The position numbers and the translations under genes are program-made. The notes beneath the pieces are model-generated. The model worked only from the letters and a program-made list of their open reading frames with translations, had not been told where the DNA came from and searched no databases. A DNA stretch of 64,000 nt from Eledone cirrhosa (taxonomy: Eukaryota), in assembly GCA_964016885.1 (NCBI GenBank), contig OZ024741.1, positions 234,298,001-234,362,000 on the forward strand. The letters run 5' to 3'. Every line of letters starts with the position of its first letter. Within the stretch, counting starts at the first letter, position 1. Positions 13,109 to 27,819 of this stretch are shown piece after piece.

Positions 13109-13308
13109 AGAATATTTTCGAAACAGCGAGTTGGTTTGAAATTATTAGAAATGTAAGCTATCGCCGTATTTTGACTAAAGAAATTATTTAGCCTGATAGT
13201 GGGGTTAAGAACCCTCGGAGAAATGGAAAAAGATGAGTATTGACGTACATGGGAGTCGAACCCACATCTTTGGTTATCTGTGCTACCATTTAAACCAACG
13301 TGTTCTGC

Positions 13309-14810
13309 TAAATCAGAAATTGGTCTTGCTAGTAAAAAAAATCTTAAGAAATATCATTAAACAAATAAGAAGTAAAACAGAATTATTTCAATGGTTAAAT
13401 ACCTCCTCAATTATATCTTGGTTTAATAATATACAAAAGAAAAATATGTCTAGATTTACCCAATTTGATATAGTAGATGTCTACCCTTCTCCTTATTAGT
13501 TAAATCATTAGAATTTGCTAGGCATTTTACTGATATATCAGAACTAGAGGAAGATGTAATTTTGCATGACAGAAAAATATTACTTTTTGCTAAAGACGAA
13601 ACCTGGGTAAAAAAATCAAACCCAGAAAAGCCTTTTAATGTCTCAGTGGGTTCTTTTGATAGTGCCGATGTGTGTGATTTAGTTGGCTTGTTCTTCCTCC
13701 ACACACTTAAAGAGAAATTCCCAATCACACTATCGGATTATATCGAGATGACGAACTAGCAGTCTCTCATACCACTAATGGCCATGATCTTGACAAATTT
13801 CGTAAAGATTTGATAAAAACCTTCTCTAATCTAAATCTTAAAATCACAATAGATACAAATCTAACTAATGCTAACTTCCTCGATATTAATCTTGATTTAC
13901 TTACTGATTCTTTTAAGCCATATCATAAACCTAATGTAAATTTAAGGCATATAAATAAAGGATCATGCCATCCCCCATAGTATTTAAAAACCTTATCCCG
14001 AATATTAGTCGTAGGATATCAGCCCTCTCTTCCTCTGAAGAAATATTTAATAAAGCAGCCCCTTATCATAATAAGGCCCTTAAAAATATTGGTTTTAAAA
14101 AATCAATTAAATATATACCTAACCCAACTAATACTATTAAACATAATAATAGAAAAAGAAAAAGAATTTGGTTTGCACCACCCTTTTCATTAGCAGTAAA
14201 AACAAATGTAGGCAGAAAGTTCCTTGATCTCTTAGATAAGCATTTCCCCCAACAACATAAATATAATAAAATATTTAATAGAGATTTAGTCAAGTTTAGC
14301 TATTCATGCAGTCCTTCTATGAAATCCAAGATTGCCAATGAGAAAATACACAGAAATGTCTTCTACAGAGCAAATGTAACATAAAATCTATTGTATATGA
14401 GGCTAAAGTGACACATGTAAACACCAACCAACCAGATACCGGTGAGCGATATGGGAGTATGACTCAAGATAAATTCAAACAAAGATATTACGCACATGTC
14501 ACTTCCTTCAGACATCCTTAAAAAAAGAAAACTACGGTGCTGGCAAACAGAGTGTGGGAGATGAAAGAACGTGGAATTCCATATGTAATTGATTGGTCCA
14601 TTTTAGACCAATCAAAAGAATATGCAAAAGGTACAAGGAAATGTACTTTATGCATAAGTGAGACATATAGAATTCTACAAAACTTGAAATCTCCGAATAC
14701 TTGTCTTAACTCTAAAACTGAAATTTTTAGAAGATGCCCACATATAAGATCCCATCTGTTTTCCTGTTGGAATAAACATAGCATCAATTTGGACACACAA
14801 CCACACTGAA
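13309..14810 (+). mobile_element. Second Naiad-type Penelope-like element, multiply frameshifted
   Basis: FTQFDIVDVYPS, VGSFDSADVCDLVG, IWFAPPFSLAVKTNVGRKFL, KCTLCISE...LNSKTEIFRRCPH; colinear with 3465-5010. Confidence 0.88.
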
Positions 14811-15616
14811 CATTTTTCAATTAGGAAATAGCATTAACACTAACTAACCTGAACTCATATTCAATATGAACACATACATTTAGTTACACCCATAACACAC
14901 GAACAACATTCACATATTGACTATTATTACATGCGTTTTGTAATACCTATAACATTCACATATTGATTATTCTTAATTTTTTTCACTAAGTGTAATCTAT
15001 AAGGCACCCCGAACACTCCTTCTTTCTAATGATATATTTGACACACATATATAATTTCATTTACTTATAACACTTACATATGTTTTTTATCCAATCTTAC
15101 TTCATCCATAACTATAGCACCGAAAACTCCTCTCTGCAAATATACTTAACATATTCATAGATATGTATGAATATTTTTGAGTTCTAATATATTTATTATT
15201 TTTCTCCATGTTTGAACTTACGTGTGTATGTATATATGTACATATATATGTGTGTGTGTGTGTGTGTGTGAGAGAGAGCATTTTTATGTATGTGAATATA
15301 TATTTTTTGTGTGTACGGTTTTATGTGTATACATGTATGTTTTGTATACATGTATGCTTATTAATTATGTATATATATATATGTATGTAAATACATACCC
15401 ATATAATACGGGTGTGTGTATATATATCGTATATATGCATATATGGCCAATTTTACTTATGTTTTTTGTCTAGATGTGTGTGTATATGTTTTTATGTATG
15501 TGTATATGTGTTTATGTGTATATATTTGTATGTATATGCATATGTATGTGTGTATGTATGTGCATATATATGTGTGTGTGTGTGTGAGTATATGTATATT
15601 TATGTGTATATGTGTG

Positions 15617-15674
<58 letters not shown>

Positions 15675-16248
15675 TCACATATGATGTTTCCCCTCGCTGT
15701 GGTTCGTATTTTTTCTATCACCTTATTGCTATCCTCTTTTTCTCTCCCCCTTCTCTCTCCTTGCACCGCTTGCTTTCATTCACCCACTCCGCTGGTTGCA
15801 CACTCTCTCGGCTGGCCCCTTCCTCACACTTTCACTCACTCACTCTCTGCTACTCCCCCTCTCTCACTTCCTCTCGTCTGACCTGTGACCTGTGAAATCC
15901 TTTTCTCTCACTTTTCGCGTGGCTCGGACGTGTCTGCTTCTTCTCGTCGATTGATTTGTTCGGACTTAAGTCCACAAGATTCATTGACTTGTCTCTCTTT
16001 TCCTCGCTTTACGTTGCATTACTACTATGTCGTTTGTCTACTTTCCCCTTCCAATTCGCTCTGTCCTGATAACTTAATTTAGTTATCACTCGCACTGATT
16101 TGAGGTATTTAGTCTTTAATGCGAAGAAATACCAATGATAATCAGCAGACTACTGATGATGGACAGTCCCGTTTCTCGGTCTATTTTTTATTCATATATA
16201 TATATACAATATATTAATAAATGGAAACTATATTTATAAAACCATAAT

Positions 16249-16313
16249 TATTTTATTATATATATTTCAAGGGCAACCTAGGCAGTTTTGGTGCGCTTTC
16301 ATCAGATAAAATA
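16249..16313 (-). ncRNA. Type-I minimal hammerhead ribozyme (PLE-type), core intact
   Basis: Minus strand: TATTTTAT-CTGATGA-aagcgcacc..ggttgccctt-GAAA-tatata-TA-ATAAAATA. Perfect 8-bp stem I, imperfect stem II, palindromic stem III. Confidence 0.7.
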
Positions 16314-16694
16314 CAAAATTTGTTTTATAAATGTTGACATACCCATAGAAAAACAACCTTGACGGTTGAAGGTTCGCTATCCAGCGAACCTTATTTTTAA
16401 GTTGCTCGAGAACGATCGACCCGTTAGTGATATGTATAAGATGTTCTATAAATATATATATTTGCTTCTCTGGATAAGATGTCTTAACAATTTTTTTTTC
16501 ATTGAGATGTTATGTACATTCGTGATGAATTTTAATTGTGTATAATTAATAATACTGCTCCTAATTAATGCTGATCTGATAAGATAACTGTATTGACTGC
16601 TATTTCTAGCAGCATCTTTTTGTCAGTTTATGCAAATATATACTTGTTTTTTCGTTCACGCATGCGTGCATTGATATTATTTAATTTGAGTGCA

Positions 16695-17700
16695 CCAGGC
16701 TGGATGGTGTAGAGTGCACAAAGTCGATGGAAGCTATGGTAGAGCAAGACCTAGGAAAGCTTGGGAGGAGGTAATAAAAACTGACTTCACACAATTCCTC
16801 CTCTCAAAAGCGATTACACATGATCAAGATCTCTGATGTTATCCAGTAGTGCAGAAGATCTACCTTCCCATGTGCACGGGATAAAGCCGCATCTACTGGT
16901 CTCAAGTATGCACCATTTCTCCCGCGTCTTGACACTCCACTCTTCACCCACACCTAACACCCTACCCTGCACTCGCTTAGTACCCTATCCTAGACCTACC
17001 TCTCCAATGCTCACTACATACATGTACCCCACCTCCACTTTCTACATCTGAGGCACCTCTCTTAATCAACCCACGTATACAAGCATGGAAAGATGAACTC
17101 ACTCTCCCACAATGTTGCTGAAATTGCTAAAAGCTCCCAGTCTACTCTGTAAGGTGGTCATGCTGGTGACACAACAAAATCCCCTTGTCCTCAATGTAAA
17201 GTGATCATGTTGGTGCCATGACAATAGAGCATCTAGTCTCTCCTGGAAGGTAACATGAAAAAAGAGCACCTAGCCCTTTCTGCAAGCTGGTCGTGCTGGC
17301 AACTTGACAAATAAGCACCCAGTTCAAATAGTCAAGTTTGTGACATGACAGGAAGCACCCTGTAAAGTGTTCATATTGATGGCACAACAGAAGGTACCCA
17401 GTTCACCCAGTGCAATAGTCAGGTTGGTGACACGACAAAGAGCACCCAGTCTGCCCTGTAAGGTGACCATTTTAATGCCAGGACAAAAAGTATCCACTCC
17501 ACACTGTAAAGTGATCGTGTTGGTGACAACAAAAACGCTCAATCCACACAGTAAAGCAGTCATTTTGGTGCCATGATAAAAAGCGCCCAGTACACACAGT
17601 GAATGTGATTGACTTTAGGAAAGGCATCCAGCAATAGAAACTAAGCCAGAAACTTCTGTATGAGCGAGACACGGTCATCTCATTTGATTTGTCTCACAAC
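16695..17700 (+). mobile_element. RTE-family 3' end whose 3' UTR contains a degenerate ~45-bp tandem array (~17135-17600)
   Basis: RPRKAWEEV-like coding tail; repeated cccagt..ctgtaaagtg..ggtg(a/c)ca unit; ends with aggaaaggcatccagc as in other copies. Confidence 0.65.
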
Positions 17701-17955
17701 GAGACAGCTCATCTAATTCATACTAGTGAGGAAAGATCGACATTAAACGATATATAATATAGTTATAATATTAATTGTTTCTACTTTAGGCACAAGGCCA
17801 GCAAATTACCCAGTACATTACTGGTACTTTATTTTATCGACCCCGTAAGGATGAAAGGCAAAGTCAACCTCGGAGTTATAATATTAATGGGGGGTAAGTA
17901 TACTCATTTACAGGGTGTTTTGTAGCTCAAAGCAATGAGTATCACGCAGAGCTGT

Positions 17956-18302
17956 TATACATTAATAGTTTAAATAACACCAAAGAGTTAAAGCATTTTT
18001 CCACGAACAATTGTTTCTACCTGCACTGAGCCACGCATAGGGAGTTATTTTGTTTAGTAACTCCTGATTAGTATTTCAATACAGAAGTCTTCAGAGTTTA
18101 TCAAAACTTATTATATGCTCTTAATATTATTGTGTGTAGACTACTGAAGTGTTTTAATAAACTATGAAGACACCTGTATTGAATTACTATTCAGGAGTTA
18201 CTAAACAAAATAACTTCCTATGCGTGGCTCAGTGCAGGTAGAAACAATTGTTAGTGTAAAAATCCTTTAACTTTTTGGTGTTATTTAAACAATTAATGTA
18301 TA
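17956..18302. repeat. Fold-back element, ~150-bp imperfect arms, ~40-bp spacer
   Basis: e.g. ttgtttctacctgcactgagccacgcatagg versus cctatgcgtggctcagtgcaggtagaaacaa. Confidence 0.9.
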
Positions 18303-18449
18303 TATATATATATAAAGGTAAGCGAGATATCATTCTTACAATTGTCAAATGATTATTGATGATAGCGGTTTCAAGACAAAAATCAATTTGACACCTGGAG
18401 ATGAAACATATCTAAATGCTTGGAATAAACCCTATTATATCGTTTAAAA

Positions 18450-19622
18450 TAATAATGAAAATATTGTGTACAGTGCTCAGGTGCACTACAACTCATCAAA
18501 AAGTGTATGTATAGTACATAGGGTAATGTACAAACGTCAGGAAAATGAACAGCGCATGAGTTATGATATACACATGTGTGCATGTGTATGGAAGGGGTAC
18601 ATCAGGTGTAGTTTTGGCAAATTTCGGGAAGCATGAGGGTTTTAAAGGATGCAGTGTCTCGGCAGCTAACAACTGATGCAGGCAGTTTGTTTCATGCTTC
18701 AGCAACTCTAAGTGTGAAAAAATGTTTCCGAAAGTCATGGGAGCTGTGCTGTTTTCTGATTTTGTAGGCATGTCCACATGTGTTAGACACATGGAGATCT
18801 AAAAGGTGCTCAGGGTTGTTGTTGGCGAGATGGTTAATAACTTTGTGGGTATTTACCAAGTCCATTGCTAGACGTCAGAGCTTCAATGAATCCATGCCCA
18901 GGGAAGCAAGGTGTTCAGAGTATGGTAGGTGTCTGATGGATGGTATGCGCTTGGTTGTACGTCTCTGAACAGTTTCCAGAAGGTCAATGTTCTGAGCAAG
19001 ATAGGGGTTCCAGACCGATGATGCGAATTCCAAGATTGGTCGTACCATAGCTGTATACAGCTTTAAATAGATGGCTGGAGAGCGGCTAACAAAGGTCTTG
19101 CTGAGTGATGCCAAGACACCCTCGGCCTTCTTGACAATTTTAGAGATGTGCTTTGTCCATCCAACGCAAATCGCTGCTGACAGTAATGCCCAGGTCATGT
19201 TCACAAGAGGATTTCTTGATATCAGTGTTGTGGAAGGAGTATGTGGATGCTGGATTTTTTCCTCCCAAAATGCATGGTGGTACACTTGTGCACAGCCAGC
19301 TTCAGTTGCCAGTCTGTGATCCATTGCTGCATTGTGTCCAGGTCTGATTGTAGGAAAGAGTTGTAGATTTCAGGATCAGTCCTTTTGATTTCAAGGTACA
19401 GCTTGATGTTATCTCCATATTTCAGTACTGTGGCATTCTTTAAGTTGGCATCAATGTCATTAATATATGCCACAAACAAAAAGGGACCAAGAACAAATCC
19501 CTGTGGTACACCAGATGACATCTCATATGGTGAAGAGTGCTGTCCTAGAACCATGACTACCTCTTTTCGGCTGAGAATGAAGGATTTCAACCAGTTAAAA
19601 AGATCATACCTCACACCCATGT
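18450..19622 (-). mobile_element. CR1-group LINE, 5'-truncated
   Basis: SGVPQGFVLGPFLFVAYINDI, YGDNIK, LYTAMVRPILEFASSVWNPY; 3' end also present at 28227-28645 (+). Confidence 0.88.
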
Positions 19623-19652
19623 TAATCCTCTTTTTACCTCATATATATATAT

Positions 19653-19827
19653 AAAATTGGAGAAAATCTCAAACACAGAAAGAACGCTGCGTACACAGCT
19701 TCGAAAGTAGGGTAAAATATGCCTACAGACGAAAACTGGCCAATTTTTCCGTCTCTAGGGGTATTTTAGCCGATTGCCTAAGCTGTGACCACAGCCATTT
19801 TTCTGCATTCGAGAGTTTCTACATTTT
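19653..19827. repeat. Imperfect palindrome (MITE/fold-back-like) centred on tggcca
   Basis: taaaatatgcctacagacgaaaa pairs imperfectly with tttccgtctctaggggtatttta; cacagctt with aagctgtg. Confidence 0.7.
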
Positions 19828-20477
19828 CTAACCATTTCAACTCATTAAATGCTCCACTGTTTATATATATATATCATCATCATCATCATTGTCACCGTTT
19901 TACGTCCGTTCTTCTACGCTAGCATGGGTTAGACGGGTTGTCCTGTTGTGGGTAGTGTCCGGTCAGCTGACCTTGTCTTGCTCATACGGAACTGATATAT
20001 ATATATATGTGTGTGTGTGTGTGCATGTGTGTGTGTGTGTCGTTGTGTGTATTTGTATATAAATTAATATATATATATATATATATATATGCATGTATGT
20101 ATTTATAAATATATTTATATATTTGGATATATATATTTATACATACATAAAGATATATGAACAAAAAAAATTCTATACACTCAAATATATGAATATATGT
20201 ATCCATACATATACATTTGTGGGTATATATACCCACAAACATATATGTATGTATACATACATTCATATATTTGTGTACATAGATTTTTTGTTTATATATC
20301 TTTTCATCTGTATATATTAATATGTATTTATATTTTTTATATGTAAATGCTTGCGTTATATGTAGATTATATATTTGTACAATACATGTTAATTTATGCT
20401 ATGGTATGTGTTTATATATAGATATATGTGTGAGTTTGTGTGTGCGTATGTGTATTTATATATATATATATATACAT

Positions 20478-20604
<127 letters not shown>

Positions 20605-20889
20605 TATATATATGTAGATATATATATGTATGTGTATGTGGATTTGTATTTGTAATTATGATGAATTTTTATGTATATACATATTCATATGATTGAGAAT
20701 ATTGAAATGCATATTAATGATGTGTACATCTTTACATGTACAAACAGATGCTTACACACTCAAGCACCAACACACACATACACACAAACATATATATAAA
20801 TATGTATACATATATAGCTAGATAGATAAATACATATGTGTATATATTTGTATATATACACACACATATATTTGCATATTTATATCCTA

Positions 20890-20929
<40 letters not shown>

Positions 20930-20934
<5 letters not shown>

Positions 20935-22195
20935 TCATCATTATCCTTATCGTTTAACGTCTATTTCCCATGGTAGCATGGGTTAGATGGGTTGTCCCAT
21001 TTGAGGAAAGTCAGGTCAGGTGATCGTGTCTTACTCATACAGAGCTGTTTCTGGCTTGGTTTCTATGGCTGGATGCCCTTCTTAATGCCAACCACATTTA
21101 CAGTGTGGGCTGGGTGCTTTTTGTTGTGGCACCAAAATGACCACTTTACAGTGTGATGGGGACTTTGGTGGGGGAGGTGTGTGGGGATTAAGGAGGTAGG
21201 TATAAGCGTATGTGTGAGGGGTAAAGTGTTATGACATGGGTGGGGGTGTTAGGACATGGGAGGTGTATGGAAGGGGTGATTGAGGCGAAGGTAATGCATA
21301 CAAGATGTATGCTTCAGCCTGTGCTAATAAAAAGGCTGGTCTTCTGTATTACTGCATAATGCCAGTTATGACAGGTCAGTTTTTATGCAAGCTCAGTTTT
21401 TATCACTTCATCCCAATTCTTTCTGGGTCTTCCTACTCCATAGCTTCCATCAACTTTGAGCGCTCTACTCTGCACCTTTTTATACAGCTATCATCCTTCA
21501 TACACATCACATGTCCATACCAACACAATCTCCTCTCCTGCACACTGAATCTGATCCTTTTTATGCCTAGTTTCTCTTTCAATTAATTGACACTTTGCTG
21601 TTTGTGTATTTTATTATTACACTATAACATTATTACAAGTTAACTTTAAGACCTTTTAGTTCTACACCATGCTTCCAGGTTTAGAATTTCTTCTCTAATG
21701 TTGACATAGATTCAGCTAAAAGAGTTTGATCATCTGTATACAGAAGTTCCCATTGGCAGCCAGTCTTAAACTCTTCTGTTATAACCTGTAGGGCAATAAA
21801 TAATAAACAGGAGAGGACTAATGACAGAGCCCTTATGGACACATACTTGCATACTAAATTCTTCACTATAGTCATTGTTAATTCTAACCTTGCTGATTGT
21901 TTTTCTATACATATACATGGCTTGTACTGCCTTCACAAGCCACTCATCTACTCATAGATTTCTATGAGTCCTCTAGATAATCGAATGGTTGACTCTGTCA
22001 AGGGCTTCCCCCATGTCAACTAAAGCTAAGTAGAGGGGTTTACTTTTACTTTTAGCTAGGTACTTCTCCTGCAGTTACCTCACAAGGAAGAGAGCATCCG
22101 TGGTACTTTTACCTGGCACAAATTCAAACTGTACGATAACTCTTTCTGTGACCTTCATGACCGGGTCAACCAATTTAATGCCTCGATAGTTCTCT
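20930..22195 (-). mobile_element. Decayed RTE copy (family of 34833-36386) with 3' UTR
   Basis: LFIALQVITEEFKTGCQWELLYTDD; (CAT)n tail at ~20931. Confidence 0.8.
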
Positions 22196-23719
22196 ATCAA
22201 TATATATATACATATATATATGGTTCCAATATGAGCCGGGTGCAGTGCAGCCAACTGGACAGCCCCTTCTCATAATAGGATCGATCACCCAGTTCCACAT
22301 TGTAAACAGGGTTGGTGTTAGGAAGGACATCCAGCTGTAAAAAAACCCAGCTAAAATACAGCTCTATTTGAGCAAGGTATGGCGTGGTCAACTGACCAGA
22401 CATGCCTCATAAGGTTGATGACCTGTCTAATCCATTCAAGCATGGAAAAATAAGATGTTAAACGGTGATGATGATGATGATGATGACTATGATATATATT
22501 AGCGTGGAAGACATTAAATGATGATGATGATGATGATGATGATATATATATATATAAGTGTATTGTATGTGTGTGTGCATGTGTGTGTTTTGCCCTGTAA
22601 CTCAATTGTTCAGCCAAAGGAGATTGATGAAATAGGAACTAGACTTTAAAAAAGTATAATTACAGGTATCAATAAAATCATCTAAGTCACTCTGTTATAT
22701 TTTCATCCATCCTCTTCCATTACTGCCTTTCTTCTCCCTGTCAAAGTCACAATGTTTTGCTATCACAATAAAATGTACCTAGTAGACTAAAGACCCAATA
22801 ACTCTTTCTGGAGTCGTAGAGGCAACGGCATATGGCGTGTCTAGGGCACTTTTAAACCTGGCGGAGCCCAAATCTCTCCAGGTCTGAACACAGCTGATTT
22901 TTTCTATAGAGAAAGAATCAATGATACTTTTTTTATCGACCTCAAAAGGATGAAAAGCAAAGTTGACCCTGGCAAAATGTGAACTCAGAGAGCACAATGA
23001 GCAAGGTACCAGCCAGGTAAAGGGAACTTGGTGGTGAAATAATACTGTAGACAGAGCCATTTATGTTAAGAGACAGGCATGGAAAGACTGGAAAAATGGG
23101 AGCAGGACAATAGAACATCACGAGAAGCTAAATGACAGGTTTACTTACTACATAGAGAAGCAGAGAGCAAGAGGTTTGCTAATATGCTGCGTTGTGAGGA
23201 TCAATACCATGAGATGTTTGCATTGTGAATTACCTTCAACTGTAAACTGTTGCACACCATCATAGACACATTTTAAACACATCTTTTGATCTGCACCAAG
23301 TCCTTCAAGAATTTTGACAAAAATTCCACAAGCAATGAGGTTATGCTTTAGTTGATTTTTCCAATGCTACCTAGGACCTCTACATTGATATGAATCATCA
23401 GTGAACTCACTATAAAAATGATGCACGTAGTCCAGAAGAGAATACACTTCGTGGCTATTGTTTCAATGCTGATGGGTTATGCATGCCTCAGAATTTCAGG
23501 ATGAGAAATTCTGTCCTTCTCAGTGATTTCAAGGATATGCAAAAGATAGAGCAAATGTGGAAGTCCCCAAATGTTTTGATTTGCTTTATGCTGAGTATCA
23601 ATATTTTGAATGTGAACAACAAAGCTGAAATACAGATAGCTTAGTAAAGAGTGGCCTTTGTATAAAAACAAAGGTTATGATTTGAGAAGACACACTTCCT
23701 CAGCCATCAAACTTCTACA

Positions 23720-26545
<2,826 letters not shown>

Positions 26546-26611
26546 GAGTATGTACGGCTATAAGATCACAAGCCGGGGTAGTACTCGATACATGATGTGA
26601 TGGATAGTGGG

Positions 26612-26741
26612 TATATTGAAGAGGTTGAAGTCCCAAAGGTGAACCTACACATTTTAACTTGCTTCCACAAGTATTATCAATAATACTTATAGAAACAAGT
26701 TGAAATTCCTGTGTTCACCTTTGGGATTCTACCTTCTCAAC

Positions 26742-26746
<5 letters not shown>
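26612..26746. repeat. Imperfect palindrome
   Basis: tcccaaaggtgaac / gttcacctttggga; aacttg / caagtt; aagtatt / aatactt. Confidence 0.8.
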
Positions 26747-26772
<26 letters not shown>

Positions 26773-26858
26773 GTAATAATAATAAATTTGAAGACTAAAA
26801 TCCAAAGAGGGCTCGATAAGGATAAATATATATCAAATATATAAGAACCGTAGAGCAA

Positions 26859-27244
26859 ATATTTATTAAAATAACAGATTAAAGTTTAAGCAAAGAATCG
26901 CTGCTTTCACCCTTAACGGGATCTTCTGAAAATTGCCAGAGAACGTCTCTATGCACCACCTAAGAGAACATTAGTCTACGACCTCTTTTATACCATAAAC
27001 GTGGTTCTGTCTTTGCGCGTAAATGTTTTTCACCTCTCCTATTAATGACGTATTATATTCGTTTTTTCCCGTTCTTCACCAGCGAACGTTTCCACGAACC
27101 AAAGTATCGTCTTCCTGTTGTTCCGGTTGCAACGTTTTTTGAAATATTTACTTCTGCGTTTACAGATTGACTTTGTTAGTTTCAGAAGATCCCGTTAAGG
27201 GTGAAAGCAGCGATTCTTTGCTTAAACTTTAATCTGTTATTTTA

Positions 27245-27252
<8 letters not shown>
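26859..27252. repeat. Element with ~73-bp identical inverted arms and ~250-bp spacer
   Basis: 26859-26931 is the reverse complement of 27180-27252; arms carry a degenerate hammerhead-like cagaaga-tcccgttaagggt-gaaa. Confidence 0.9.
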
Positions 27253-27272
<20 letters not shown>

Positions 27273-27280
<8 letters not shown>

Positions 27281-27725
27281 ATACTTTGGGAGGGTCATGT
27301 TGCCAATAAGAAACACACGCACCAGTTGCTTTCACTTCAATTTATTATAATAAATTTATAAATTTAGGAATTTATAAATTTCCGGTTGGTTGGTTGGTTC
27401 CACAACCAGATGGTTGTTTATATATTGTCAAAGTTCTTTCGTCACACATTCTGTGACCTCTTCAGTGAGTGGGGATTCTTTTCTTTGTTTTTTGTGCCTC
27501 ACAAAAAAACAAAGAAAATAATCCCCAGTCACTGAAGAGGTCACAGAATGTGTGACGAAAGAACTTTGACAATATATGAACAACCGTCCGGTTGTGGAAC
27601 CAACCAACCAACCGGAAATTTATAAATTTTTAAATTTATAATTTAATTTATAATAAATTGGAGTGAAAGCAACTGGTGCGTGTGGTTCTTAATGGCAACA
27701 TGACCCTCCCAAAGTATAACAATAT
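27273..27725. repeat. Near-perfect 453-bp palindrome with a hammerhead motif in each arm
   Basis: ~225-bp arms with a loop of about 3 nt near 27497. Confidence 0.95.
27528..27570 (+). ncRNA. Type-I minimal hammerhead ribozyme (mirror copy at ~27427-27469 on -)
   Basis: GTCA-CTGAAGA-g-GTCACA gaatg TGTGAC-GAAA-gaac-TT-TGAC. Confidence 0.65.
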
Positions 27726-27777
27726 CGGTTTCAACACACGTTTTCAGATAAAGAATCTTGCTAAACAAATTCAGAAA

Positions 27778-27816
<39 letters not shown>

Positions 27817-27819
27817 TAA

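Noticed and set aside
17135-17600. Regularly spaced repeats as a CRISPR-like array
   Set aside because: Whole units are degenerate copies with no unique spacers; eukaryotic context and no cas genes.
23220-23700. Coding-looking stretch, possibly a DNA-transposon relic
   Set aside because: No motif I can identify; multiple stops.
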